A stretch of 20,000 nucleotides of DNA from an uncultured virus (IMG/VR IMGVR_UViG_3300020219_000001) (taxonomy: Duplodnaviria; Heunggongvirae; Uroviricota; Caudoviricetes), in IMG/VR virus record IMGVR_UViG_3300020219_000001; one strand, given 5' to 3'. Of the stretch, positions 8,617-16,779 are shown piece by piece (the stretch's first letter is position 1; each line of letters begins with the position of its first letter). The notes under the pieces are model-generated. The model saw only the letters and a list, made by a program, of their open reading frames with translations, was not told the origin of the DNA and made no database searches. The translations under genes were made by a program, and so were the position numbers.

Positions 8617-8945
8617 CGAAGGCCGCCCTCAACGCGCTGGCGTACACGTACCTAACTGGCGTGATGCCGAAGTACCTGCATTCGCACACGTGGCGAGTCG
8701 TTTACAACTGCATTGAAAGCCGTGGCTTGCGGTACACGCTGAAGCCGGAATGTGTCGCGATGGTTGCCGACCATCCGCAAGTGCTGAAGCTTCGCGAACT
8801 GGAGACGGACGGGTGGAAGATTGCCAGCGACCTAGGTCGCCGCAAGGTTCGCGTTGGTATCGACCTCTATCGGGACTTGCCCGATGGCAAATACCAAAAG
8901 ACGTGCGTCTATCCCGATGGAAAGCAAGGCCGAGTCTGGGGCTAG
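8613..8945 (+). CDS. hypothetical protein
   Basis: Start MTKAAL at an ATGA overlap with GGAGG upstream. Confidence 0.7.
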   Translation: MTKAALNALAYTYLTGVMPKYLHSHTWRVVYNCIESRGLRYTLKPECVAMVADHPQVLKLRELETDGWKIASDLGRRKVRVGIDLYRDLPDGKYQKTCVYPDGKQGRVWG

Positions 8946-8965
8946 AAAAATCTTCGCGACTCGAT

Positions 8966-8994
8966 TTGACTTCCTAGTTACTTGATACATACTT
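8966..8994 (+). promoter_or_regulatory. repeated promoter P2
   Basis: TTGACT tcctagttacttgata CATACT T. Confidence 0.85.
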
Positions 8995-9035
8995 ACATTG
9001 TGACGGGACCGAACGGCAACACGGGAAACGCAACA

Positions 9036-9689
9036 ATGAGCAAGCAAGTAACGAAGACGGTCTACACGTTCAAGGAACTGATCGAACTAGGGAACGCTAA
9101 GGCCATCGAGAAAGCCCGCCAGTGGTTGATCGAAGGCGCGACCGATCATGGCTGGCACGAATACACGATCGACATGTGGAAGCAAGCCCTCGCTTCGATC
9201 GGCATCGAAGACGCCGAGATTAGCTTCTCCGGCTTCTGGTCGCAAGGCGACGGAGCAAGCTTCACCGGCAAGGTGGATGCCGAGAAGTTGATTAAGTTCT
9301 TCGCGGCCGACATCAAGGCGACGGAAGGCATCGAAGTGGAAGATGGCAAGGAAGCTTTCCAGCCGTGGCTGGTCGGCAAGATCGGTGGCAAGCGGACCGT
9401 GGATTACTCGGTCCTGGACACCGAAGACCTTGTCATCGAACTGAACCGGATTAGCCACCGCTACTCGCACGTGAACACGGTCGAGTTGGTTGCCTACATG
9501 GATCGGCACGAGAAAAGCGAAGTGGTCAAGGACTTCCGTGAGGATGCCGAGTCACTCCGCAAGGAACTCTGCCGCGAGATTTACAAGTCACTGGAGACGG
9601 AATACGAGTGCCTCACTAGCGACGAATCGCTGATCGAAAACAGCGAAGCCAACGACTACTTCTTTGACGAATTCGGGAGAAGCGAATAA
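9036..9689 (+). CDS. conserved phage/ICE protein with SGFWSQGDGA motif
   Basis: VYTFKEL...SGFWSQGDGASF...EYECLTSDE...ANDYFF. From memory this family is often auto-annotated as an antitoxin; function unverified. Confidence 0.7.
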   Translation: MSKQVTKTVYTFKELIELGNAKAIEKARQWLIEGATDHGWHEYTIDMWKQALASIGIEDAEISFSGFWSQGDGASFTGKVDAEKLIKFFAADIKATEGIEVEDGKEAFQPWLVGKIGGKRTVDYSVLDTEDLVIELNRISHRYSHVNTVELVAYMDRHEKSEVVKDFREDAESLRKELCREIYKSLETEYECLTSDESLIENSEANDYFFDEFGRSE

Positions 9690-9691
9690 CC

Positions 9692-10051
9692 ATGTTTGAC
9701 CCAAACGACTTAGGCCAATTCACCGGCAGCGAACAGTGGTACCGCCACTTTCTTCGCGGCCTGATCTACACGGACGGTATTCACTACCTGGTCGAGAATG
9801 GCGCGGCCTGGTTGGTCGATGCAATCGCCAGCCATCAGATGAGCAAGAAGCTTGTCGGACCTCTCCGCGACTTCCAACTGTGGGAACTCAAGGTCAAGAA
9901 CGGCAAGGCCGTGCTGACTTGCAAGGCGGATAGCGACCAGAAGCCCGTTATCACGCAACGCATCGAGTACACCGACTTCCCGATGGAACACATCACGATC
10001 TACGTCGAGCGCGGTGAGCACTTGACGATGATGCTTCCTTCGGAGCGATAG
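9692..10051 (+). CDS. conserved hypothetical protein, DUF6876-like
   Basis: LGQFTGSEQWYRH, YTDG, AWLVDAIASHQ, FQLWELKV and IEYTDFP motifs. Confidence 0.7.
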   Translation: MFDPNDLGQFTGSEQWYRHFLRGLIYTDGIHYLVENGAAWLVDAIASHQMSKKLVGPLRDFQLWELKVKNGKAVLTCKADSDQKPVITQRIEYTDFPMEHITIYVERGEHLTMMLPSER

Positions 10052-10064
10052 CATTCCCGTTGCC

Positions 10065-10101
10065 GCCCGGGCGGTTGAAACTCGTAGTTTCCCGCCCGGG
10101 C
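10065..10101 (+). other. intergenic GC-rich hairpin
   Basis: GCCCGGGCGG-tt-GAAAC-tcgta-GTTTC-CCGCCCGGGC, no U tract. Confidence 0.6.
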
Positions 10102-10123
10102 ACCCGTACACAAGGAACTCCGC

Positions 10124-10756
10124 ATGACCATCAAAGATCAAACCCGCGACTACGTCCGCACGTGGCACTCGCACGGTACGCTGTTCCGCCTAACGGCCAC
10201 GGTACGCCACGACGATCGGTGCGGCAACGGACACAACACGTTCAGCGTGACGGGGGTTATCGACCGGAAGTCTGGCCGTCACTGGCTAGATCATTCGGGC
10301 GGTTGCATTCACGACGACATCGCGAAGCACGTTCCGGAACTCGCGACCTACCTGAAGTGGCACCTTTGTTCCACCGATGGCCCGATGCACTACATTGCGA
10401 ACACGGTCTATCAGGCGGGCGACCGGGACCACTGGGGACTTCGCAAGGGGGAGTTTCGCCAGTCCGTGGATAAGGAGACTGGTAGGCTGTTGTGGGAACT
10501 TGACATCGAGAATGTAAGCCAACGTGTGGCTTGCAACCATCAACCGGACGCCGTGCAAATTGATTGGAAGCCGATCGGTCTAACGGGAGAGGGCAAGGAG
10601 CGCGACCTCAAGGCCGCACGGGAGTCGGCTATCTGGCCCGATGCGACCGACGAAGAACTCACGGCGGCCGGACTGGAGGAACGCCTTGCGGCCCGGCTGC
10701 CGGCGCTGCTGGCCGAATTCCAAGCGGCCGTTGAGAGTCTCAACCTGAATTTCTGA
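10124..10756 (+). CDS. conserved phage hypothetical protein
   Basis: AAGGA upstream; Cys/His motifs DDRCGNGHNTFSVTG, GGCIHDDI and KWHLCSTDGPMHY. Confidence 0.8.
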   Translation: MTIKDQTRDYVRTWHSHGTLFRLTATVRHDDRCGNGHNTFSVTGVIDRKSGRHWLDHSGGCIHDDIAKHVPELATYLKWHLCSTDGPMHYIANTVYQAGDRDHWGLRKGEFRQSVDKETGRLLWELDIENVSQRVACNHQPDAVQIDWKPIGLTGEGKERDLKAARESAIWPDATDEELTAAGLEERLAARLPALLAEFQAAVESLNLNF

Positions 10757-10773
10757 TACAGCCCCTCCCGGGC

Positions 10774-10806
10774 AGGCCCACACTCCCCGTGGGCCTATCA
10801 TTTTCT
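10774..10806 (+). terminator. probable intrinsic terminator before P3
   Basis: AGGCCCAC-actcccc-GTGGGCCT followed by ATCATTTTCT. Confidence 0.5.
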
Positions 10807-10809
10807 CGT

Positions 10810-10838
10810 TTGACTTGCTAGTTACTTGGTACATACTT
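10810..10838 (+). promoter_or_regulatory. repeated promoter P3
   Basis: TTGACT tgctagttacttggta CATACT T. Confidence 0.85.
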
Positions 10839-10874
10839 GCATTGTAAGGCAAGCACACCACGGGAACAGCAACA

Positions 10875-11222
10875 ATGACGAAGCTTGACGAATTCACCCG
10901 GGCCTACATCACGGCCGCCTTGTGGGCCGAAACCGGCAGCGACGATGAACCGCTTGACGACAACTACACGGTTCACGACATCAATGCCGAGACGTTGGCC
11001 CGGATGGTCGAAGACTGCCGCGACTTCCAAGCGAAGTACGGCGAACTGATCCAAGGCATGGAAGCACAAGCCGGACACGACTTCTGGCTGACTCGCCGTG
11101 GCCACGGCTGTGGCTTCTGGGATGGTGACTGGGCCGAACTCGGCGACGAACTGACGAAGGCTGCCGAGTCTTACGGGGACATGGAACTGGACGATTACGA
11201 AGGGGTGGTCTATGCAATCTAG
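10875..11222 (+). CDS. conserved phage hypothetical acidic protein
   Basis: AYITAALW...AGHDFWLTRRGHGCGFWD motif; follows the P3 leader. Confidence 0.8.
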   Translation: MTKLDEFTRAYITAALWAETGSDDEPLDDNYTVHDINAETLARMVEDCRDFQAKYGELIQGMEAQAGHDFWLTRRGHGCGFWDGDWAELGDELTKAAESYGDMELDDYEGVVYAI

Positions 11223-11589
11223 CTTCAACGAAGTGAAGTTCACCGACGCCGACGTGGTCAACCTGGACGACTGGATTCCGGACGGGGAATACAACCCGCA
11301 CAAGGTACGGCCGTTTCTGCTGCATGACCACGGCTTCGTCGTGTGCGTCGTGTTCGCCAGCAACTTGCAAGATGCGTTAGACGCCGCTGTGGACGCCGAC
11401 AAGATGGACCGCTTCCTGATCGCGGAAGCCGACTACGGCGACTACGACATTGAGGGAAACGCCGACGGCCGGGTGACCTTCCTAGGCAACGCCAGCGAGC
11501 CGTTCGACATCGAGTCACTCGACTACATCGAACTGCCGAACCCGAAACGATCCTTCGTCGCACAATTCAACAACCGGGGTGACCAATGA
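11212..11589 (+). CDS. hypothetical acidic protein
   Basis: Coupled 125 aa ORF. Confidence 0.7.
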   Translation: MQSSFNEVKFTDADVVNLDDWIPDGEYNPHKVRPFLLHDHGFVVCVVFASNLQDALDAAVDADKMDRFLIAEADYGDYDIEGNADGRVTFLGNASEPFDIESLDYIELPNPKRSFVAQFNNRGDQ

Positions 11590-11963
11590 GCGCCTACATC
11601 TACGCTGCTGCCATGTACTGCGAAGCGTGCGGCGAGGAACTCTGCAACACGCTACCGAAACCCGCGAACCTGGACGAACGCACCTACGATAGCGGTGACT
11701 ATCCCAAAGGCCCTTACGCCAACGGTGGAGGAGAATCGGATTGCCCGGAACACTGCGCGAACTGCCATTGCTGTTTGAACAACGAACTGACCGAAGCCGG
11801 AGTCCAGTACGTCATCGAGACCCTGGACCAGGCAATGGTCCGCGGCGCGACGACAGACGTGGAACGGGGGTGGGCCGCCCAACTCCGCGACTACTACCTC
11901 AGCAACGAACAACAACTGACCCTGGACTGTTACCTGGAGTGCTTTGCATCATGCTCGAAGTGA
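11586..11963 (+). CDS. CxxC-containing hypothetical protein
   Basis: CEAC...DSGDYPKGP...CPEHCANC. Confidence 0.7.
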   Translation: MSAYIYAAAMYCEACGEELCNTLPKPANLDERTYDSGDYPKGPYANGGGESDCPEHCANCHCCLNNELTEAGVQYVIETLDQAMVRGATTDVERGWAAQLRDYYLSNEQQLTLDCYLECFASCSK

Positions 11964-12181
11964 TCCGCGACTACTTCCGACGCCGCAAGCTACGCAAGCT
12001 TCTGGCCGATCCTCGCTTTGAATTCCGCAAGTCCGAAACGCTGGCGAAAGCCACGGGCACCGGCGGTGACAAACTGGTCGATCTACTCAAGTCGGTCGGC
12101 GCACGGCCGGCCTACCGCAACAGCAATCTCTGGGGACCGACCGATAAGGTCGGCCTGAAGCCGCGACGGCGGCGCGACTAA
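11951..12181 (+). CDS. hypothetical basic protein
   Basis: Start MLEVIR at 11951 with GGAG upstream. Confidence 0.65.
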   Translation: MLEVIRDYFRRRKLRKLLADPRFEFRKSETLAKATGTGGDKLVDLLKSVGARPAYRNSNLWGPTDKVGLKPRRRRD

Positions 12182-12214
12182 CAAGGGGAAGCTTACTCGT
12201 GTCGCTAACCTCAA

Positions 12215-12343
12215 GGGCAAGGCCGGGAGATGAGAGAATGTAACCTGTAAAGCCGTGGGGCTATGTACCATCACCAATACTGAACTGAAGAATCCGCAAG
12301 ACTGAAATGGTGAAGATCGGACCCCGTAACAAGGAACTTGCCC
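12215..12343 (+). ncRNA. candidate structured RNA
   Basis: Nested complementary pairs GGGCAAG/CTTGCCC, GGGG/CCCC and TCACCA/TGGTGA in a 200-nt gap with no convincing ORF. Confidence 0.35.
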
Positions 12344-12383
12344 ACATGAATTAACAAAGCACAACACAACAAAAATTCTTCAA

Positions 12384-12419
12384 CGGCCGGGGTGAACCAC
12401 ACCCCGGCCGCAGTTTTTT
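12384..12419 (+). terminator. intrinsic terminator before P4
   Basis: CGGCCGGGGTG-aacca-CACCCCGGCCG then CAGTTTTTT. Confidence 0.8.
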
Positions 12420-12424
12420 GGTAT

Positions 12425-12453
12425 TTGACTTTCTAGTTACTTGATACATACTT
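12425..12453 (+). promoter_or_regulatory. repeated promoter P4
   Basis: TTGACT ttctagttacttgata CATACT T. Confidence 0.85.
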
Positions 12454-12484
12454 GTATCAGGCAACAACAACGGGGAACCAAAAC

Positions 12485-13297
12485 ATGTGCGGACTGTTCG
12501 GTGCGGTAGGCAAGTCGATCAACCCGGGAACCATTCGGGCGCTGGCCCTGATTAACCGTGAGCGAGGGACCGACTCGCTTGGCTTCTTTGACAACAGCGG
12601 TAAGCTGGTCAAGAGTGGCAAAGACCCGATGGACGCCCTGAACAACCGGGGTATCTCCAAGTTCATCGACCACACCGGCCGCTGGTTTCTGGCTGGCCAC
12701 ACTCGCTACGCAACCCGTGGTCGCGTGTGCAAGCGGAACGCCCACCCGTTCCACTACGGCAACATTGTGGGATCGCACAACGGCCACGTGACGGCCCCGA
12801 AGGGCTACCAGGTGGATAGCGAGTATCTGTTCGACCAGCTTGACTTGGCGGACGGCGACTACCAGCGGGCTTTCGCCGATGTCCAGGGCTACTGGGCGCT
12901 GACCTGGTTCGACGGCGATGCGTTCTACGCTCAGGCGCACAAGAACTCGCTGTGGTTCGGCCTGGTAGGCGATACGCTCTACTACTCATCGGACCGTGGC
13001 CACTTGCTGGCGTGCGTCGGTCGAGTGGAGTGCTTTGAACTGACCGGCGGCCGCACGCTGCAATTCACCCCGAAGGGCTACACCGAACTCCCGGCCTTCG
13101 TCCCTGCGAAGCAAACCAAGCAGACCTCGCTGTGGGGTGAGCACGACGACAAGAACTGGTTTTACGACGAATGGGACAAGGCCGCGATGGACCTTGGTTA
13201 TCTCGACATTGAAGACCTCATGTTTACGAAGGGCTACCGCGACAAGCACGACGCCTACGAATTCATCGAAAGCTTCTGGACGAAGTTGACTTCCTAG
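12485..13297 (+). CDS. class II (Ntn) glutamine amidotransferase
   Basis: N-terminal MCGLFG (catalytic Cys2), RGTDSLG, GHTRYAT, NAHPF, HNG, VDSE. Confidence 0.9.
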   Translation: MCGLFGAVGKSINPGTIRALALINRERGTDSLGFFDNSGKLVKSGKDPMDALNNRGISKFIDHTGRWFLAGHTRYATRGRVCKRNAHPFHYGNIVGSHNGHVTAPKGYQVDSEYLFDQLDLADGDYQRAFADVQGYWALTWFDGDAFYAQAHKNSLWFGLVGDTLYYSSDRGHLLACVGRVECFELTGGRTLQFTPKGYTELPAFVPAKQTKQTSLWGEHDDKNWFYDEWDKAAMDLGYLDIEDLMFTKGYRDKHDAYEFIESFWTKLTS

Positions 13298-13314
13298 TTT
13301 CTTGATACATACTT
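13286..13314 (+). promoter_or_regulatory. repeated promoter P5 (overlaps the GATase stop)
   Basis: TTGACT tcctagtttcttgata CATACT T. Confidence 0.85.
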
Positions 13315-13319
13315 GGAGT

Positions 13320-13526
13320 ATGAGCAACTCCAATGGCTGGAACGAAACGACTGGACAAACCGACCACACCGCTTTGAAGCGGTACGTCAAGCAACTCCGC
13401 GACCCGGGCTACGTGGCCCGTGACGCCACCGAGTCGGCCCGCCTCGACCCACACGGATCGAAGGCCGGTTACTACCTTGACCTGGTCAACTACATCGGGA
13501 TGCAACAATCGGGGAACCTGCGATGA
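13320..13526 (+). CDS. hypothetical protein, possibly leaderless
   Basis: ATG begins 7 nt after the P5 -10 hexamer. Confidence 0.65.
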   Translation: MSNSNGWNETTGQTDHTALKRYVKQLRDPGYVARDATESARLDPHGSKAGYYLDLVNYIGMQQSGNLR

Positions 13527-13852
13527 AATACCGAGCCTACGTCCAGGACTTTTCGGCCGTGATCGGTCGCAACCCCGAACTCGCCGAACGGGGGAATCCG
13601 AACGGCGACATCGTCGGAACGAAGTACATCGTTATGCTGGAGCGCGAAGACGGCAAGCGACTAGCTGGCCCTGAAGTGGAGGAACGCGAAGCCGCCGAGA
13701 AGCGAGCCGCTGCAATTCAGCGGTCGCTCGACCGCAACTGGAATCCGGAGAATGCTTTCCGGGAAGTCCCACCTGCCTACGGCAGTATTCGCTACATCGA
13801 AGTGGACTACGAAGTGAATGACGCAATCTACGAACGGAACAACGATGCTTAA
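13523..13852 (+). CDS. hypothetical protein
   Basis: ATGA overlap; contains a PAYGS motif. Confidence 0.7.
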   Translation: MKYRAYVQDFSAVIGRNPELAERGNPNGDIVGTKYIVMLEREDGKRLAGPEVEEREAAEKRAAAIQRSLDRNWNPENAFREVPPAYGSIRYIEVDYEVNDAIYERNNDA

Positions 13853-14078
13853 AGCACTGTACCAACTGACCCTGGAGGTGGAACCGGCCGGCAGCTACGC
13901 CAGCGTGATGGAATCGCGTACCGTGGAAGCCGAGACCGTGGCGCAGGCGCTTGCCGCCGTATGCGACTGGCCCGCGACCGCCGACAACCTGGAGTTAGGC
14001 GGGATGGCCGTTGACCCAACAACCGGACCGCTGCTGAAACGCTGCTGGTTCGCCACACGACTGAGGTACCTACTGTGA
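13845..14078 (+). CDS. hypothetical protein
   Basis: Start MLKALY with an 8-nt overlap. Confidence 0.6.
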   Translation: MLKALYQLTLEVEPAGSYASVMESRTVEAETVAQALAAVCDWPATADNLELGGMAVDPTTGPLLKRCWFATRLRYLL

Positions 14079-14383
14079 TTCCGATCGAAGACATCAAGAA
14101 GATCGCGGCCGGAGAGGAAGTGACCTTCCTGGTTAAGCCGGACCCGCCGGAGCACGTCATCAAGCGTGTGACCGCGCTGGCGGAAGTGGCCCACGGGAAT
14201 TACTGGATGCGATGCGAAGAAAGTTCCGGGCGGCTGGGCCGCTGGGGAATCATCCAGATTGCGGAATTCTCCTGGAGGCGCAAGGTGCAACTGATGGTAG
14301 TCGGCCGTGGCTACTCGCACCCGGCCGCCGAACTCGACGGAAAGAAAATCGAACTCATCCACATTCCGGAACCACCTCAGTGA
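14075..14383 (+). CDS. hypothetical protein
   Basis: GTGA overlap, GAGGT upstream. Confidence 0.7.
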   Translation: MIPIEDIKKIAAGEEVTFLVKPDPPEHVIKRVTALAEVAHGNYWMRCEESSGRLGRWGIIQIAEFSWRRKVQLMVVGRGYSHPAAELDGKKIELIHIPEPPQ

Positions 14384-14559
14384 TTATCACCGCTGAAGCC
14401 GTCGCAGACATCATCGCGGACGCCGTCGCCAACACCTACGTGGATGGCCCGGACTTCTACGCAATCGAAGACCTCGCCAACCGATTCGCCGCACACCTGG
14501 AGCAGACCAGCCCGGGCTTCGACCGTGAGGCGTTCCTGGAGAAGTGTGAACTCACATGA
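14380..14559 (+). CDS. small hypothetical protein
   Basis: GTGA overlap; C-terminal PGFDREAFLEKC resembles the NPxFDxxxFxxAC ending of many small phage proteins. Confidence 0.65.
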   Translation: MIITAEAVADIIADAVANTYVDGPDFYAIEDLANRFAAHLEQTSPGFDREAFLEKCELT

Positions 14560-14774
14560 AGCAATACATCCGCCACCAACACAAGCACCACACGGAACGC
14601 TTGCACGCCGACGCTCAGGTACTCATAACACGAATGCGGACCCTGATGGAAACAATCGAGCGGGGTGGCTCGATTAACTCGCTAGGGGAAATTCAGGGGA
14701 TGGCCCTGGACATCGACCGCCGCTGCGCGCAGATCGGAATTCTTCGCGAACTTCTTGACTTCCAAGAAACTTGA
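14556..14774 (+). CDS. hypothetical protein
   Basis: ATGA overlap; the 3' end lies inside P6. Confidence 0.65.
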   Translation: MKQYIRHQHKHHTERLHADAQVLITRMRTLMETIERGGSINSLGEIQGMALDIDRRCAQIGILRELLDFQET

Positions 14775-14783
14775 TACATACTT
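14755..14783 (+). promoter_or_regulatory. repeated promoter P6
   Basis: TTGACT tccaagaaacttgata CATACT T. Confidence 0.85.
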
Positions 14784-14822
14784 GCTTGTGTAACGGGAAC
14801 GCAACCAACGGGAACACAAGCA

Positions 14823-15077
14823 ATGCAGATCAAGAAACTGAAGAAAGCCGCCAACCCCCTCCTCACCCTTCCGCTTGGCTACTACTGGATTCGCACCCAG
14901 CACACAGACAAGCACGTCGGGACCGTTTGGTCGCCGTGGCATCCGATCCACTTAACCGAGAATCACCAAGGTCCGGGACTGCCGGTCCGCTGGGTCAAGG
15001 AATTCCACGGATCGACGCTGGCTGCCGCCTACGACAAGGCCGTCCTGGAAGTCCGCAAGCTGGAGGTGCCCGCCTAA
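14823..15077 (+). CDS. hypothetical protein
   Basis: Follows P6 and the ACGGGAACACAAGCA leader. Confidence 0.7.
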   Translation: MQIKKLKKAANPLLTLPLGYYWIRTQHTDKHVGTVWSPWHPIHLTENHQGPGLPVRWVKEFHGSTLAAAYDKAVLEVRKLEVPA

Positions 15078-15409
15078 TGATGCACGAACTATTCATCCTT
15101 GGCTTGCCGTGCGGTGAACGCAAGGATATGACAGAAGCCGACGCCGCCGCCCGGAACCGCGACCTGTACCTAGCAGGCAAACGTAGCCAAGGATGGAAGC
15201 CGGTCACGCCGGAACCGCGACCAGAGGTAGTGGTCCCGAAGCCGGTGGCCGCCACGGTGCCGAAGCCGCCGAAGCCTGAACGCAACGAGGAACTCGAAGC
15301 CGCGCTTGTGGCGCTTGGCTTCAAGAAGGGGGACGCCAAACGCCGTGCGGCATCGGCCCCGGCTGGAACACTTCAGGAACAGCTTGCGGGAGTCTTCGCG
15401 AAACCATGA
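15077..15409 (+). CDS. protein with C-terminal RuvA domain III-like (UBA-like) module
   Basis: TAATG overlap with GGAGG upstream; Pro-rich linker then EELEAALVALGFKKGDAKRRA...TLQEQL. Confidence 0.6.
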   Translation: MMHELFILGLPCGERKDMTEADAAARNRDLYLAGKRSQGWKPVTPEPRPEVVVPKPVAATVPKPPKPERNEELEAALVALGFKKGDAKRRAASAPAGTLQEQLAGVFAKP

Positions 15410-15762
15410 AACTGCATAGCAACAAAGCCGAGACGGACGATAAGCGGCGCATGTTCCACTACATGTACCGGAGCGCCCAACGCTACGCCAACCGGCACAA
15501 GCAACTGGCCCGCAAGCTGAAAGCCCAACGCGCTCACCTTGACCAGCAACGTGAGGAACTCGGCGCAACGGGACTGCCGGGCTTGCTGAGTTACCCTTCG
15601 TATCTGACGAAGCACAAGCGGAAGTACAACGTCCACTTTCAGAAGATCGAAGCCGAGCAAGCCCGACACGACGTGGAACGTCGCGAACGCGAAGCGCAAG
15701 AGCGTGCGGCAATCAAGGCGGAAGCCCGGATCGAACTGGCATCGGAGTTAATCACCGGATGA
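15406..15762 (+). CDS. hypothetical coiled-coil protein
   Basis: Coupled, charged helical ORF. Confidence 0.65.
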   Translation: MKLHSNKAETDDKRRMFHYMYRSAQRYANRHKQLARKLKAQRAHLDQQREELGATGLPGLLSYPSYLTKHKRKYNVHFQKIEAEQARHDVERREREAQERAAIKAEARIELASELITG

Positions 15763-16085
15763 ACAAACCCAACGTCGAAGATGCACGCGAAGCGTTTGAC
15801 GCCCAGATTGATCGGTGGATACTCGGCGAGGTTACACCCTACGCCCAGTCGCTACTGGACAAAGCCGCCAAGCGAATGCACCGACACCGGTTGGAATTCT
15901 TTCAAGGCATGGGGCATTTCGGCTTCAGCATCGACGGCGACGTGGTCCACAAACTGAACGATGCGTTCAACTACCCAAACGAACACAACCATAGGTACGC
16001 GCGAGCGTTCCCGGAACTAGAAGAGCTACACCAACTGGCGTTTGACATCGAAGACAAGTTCAACCGCGAACTGGGTGATATGTGA
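15759..16085 (+). CDS. hypothetical protein
   Basis: ATGA overlap. Confidence 0.7.
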   Translation: MNKPNVEDAREAFDAQIDRWILGEVTPYAQSLLDKAAKRMHRHRLEFFQGMGHFGFSIDGDVVHKLNDAFNYPNEHNHRYARAFPELEELHQLAFDIEDKFNRELGDM

Positions 16086-16342
16086 CCGTGGTCTACATCT
16101 GTACCAACCCGGCCGTTCAATCAGGCGACCTTGACGCCGCCTATCGGGCGGCCGCGCTTGTGCTGAAGCGGTACGGCTATGAATGCGAAGCCGATCCGAA
16201 GTGGACCCACGGCAAGTACCATCGGTACGCCCGCGTCTTCAATCATCTGGCCGTGGAACACCGCGAACTTGACGAACTCGTGCAAGTGGCAATGAGTGAA
16301 GCCGCCGTGGCGTACTACCACGTGCTTAGGTTGACGGCATAA
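16082..16342 (+). CDS. hypothetical protein
   Basis: GTGA overlap; last gene of the + strand run. Confidence 0.65.
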   Translation: MTVVYICTNPAVQSGDLDAAYRAAALVLKRYGYECEADPKWTHGKYHRYARVFNHLAVEHRELDELVQVAMSEAAVAYYHVLRLTA

Positions 16343-16540
16343 CGCGCTTACCCCTTCGCGCGCTTAGGAGGACGGGTACGGGCGCTTGCGCTTACAAAGT
16401 CTCGAACACTCCGGCACACCCGGCGGCCGCCACGTCGCGGCGGTTAAGTAGGCAACCTTGCTGAAAATACCGCCGCGACAAGGGTGACCTTTAATGGCCC
16501 GGCCGTCCTAGGCCGATGATGAACTTGGCTGTGGCTCAGT

Positions 16541-16587
16541 GAAGCCTAGGCAAGGGGACTGGAACCCCTGCCTAGGCTTCTTTCGTT
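16541..16587 (+). terminator. intrinsic terminator
   Basis: GAAGCCTAGGCA-a-GGGG-actggaa-CCCC-TGCCTAGGCTTC then TTTCGTT. Confidence 0.65.
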
Positions 16588-16749
16588 GGTGGACGCCTCC
16601 CTGGAGACCTCGAACCCACGGACGCAACAGCGGGGCAACCAGGGGCCTTCTCCGTGGTGCCCGGCTTGCAGCCCGATGGTGGCCACGGCCGCCGATCGAC
16701 GCCGCCGTGCCGGCGCTGACCAGGTGACCGACCGTCCCCGCCGCCGACC

Positions 16750-16779
16750 TGTCAGAAAAAGTAGCTTGTTTTTCTGACA
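16750..16779. repeat. perfect 11-8-11 inverted repeat
   Basis: TGTCAGAAAAA-gtagcttg-TTTTTCTGACA. Confidence 0.85.

Noticed and set aside
9036..9689. Toxin-antitoxin module
   Set aside because: The antitoxin label is only a recalled automatic annotation, and no adjacent toxin is recognisable.
7569..14822. Longer starts in the ORF track (7569, 8982, 12452, 13302, 14771)
   Set aside because: They begin within or upstream of the repeated promoter; the downstream ATGs fit the leader motif and the Cys2 requirement of the GATase.
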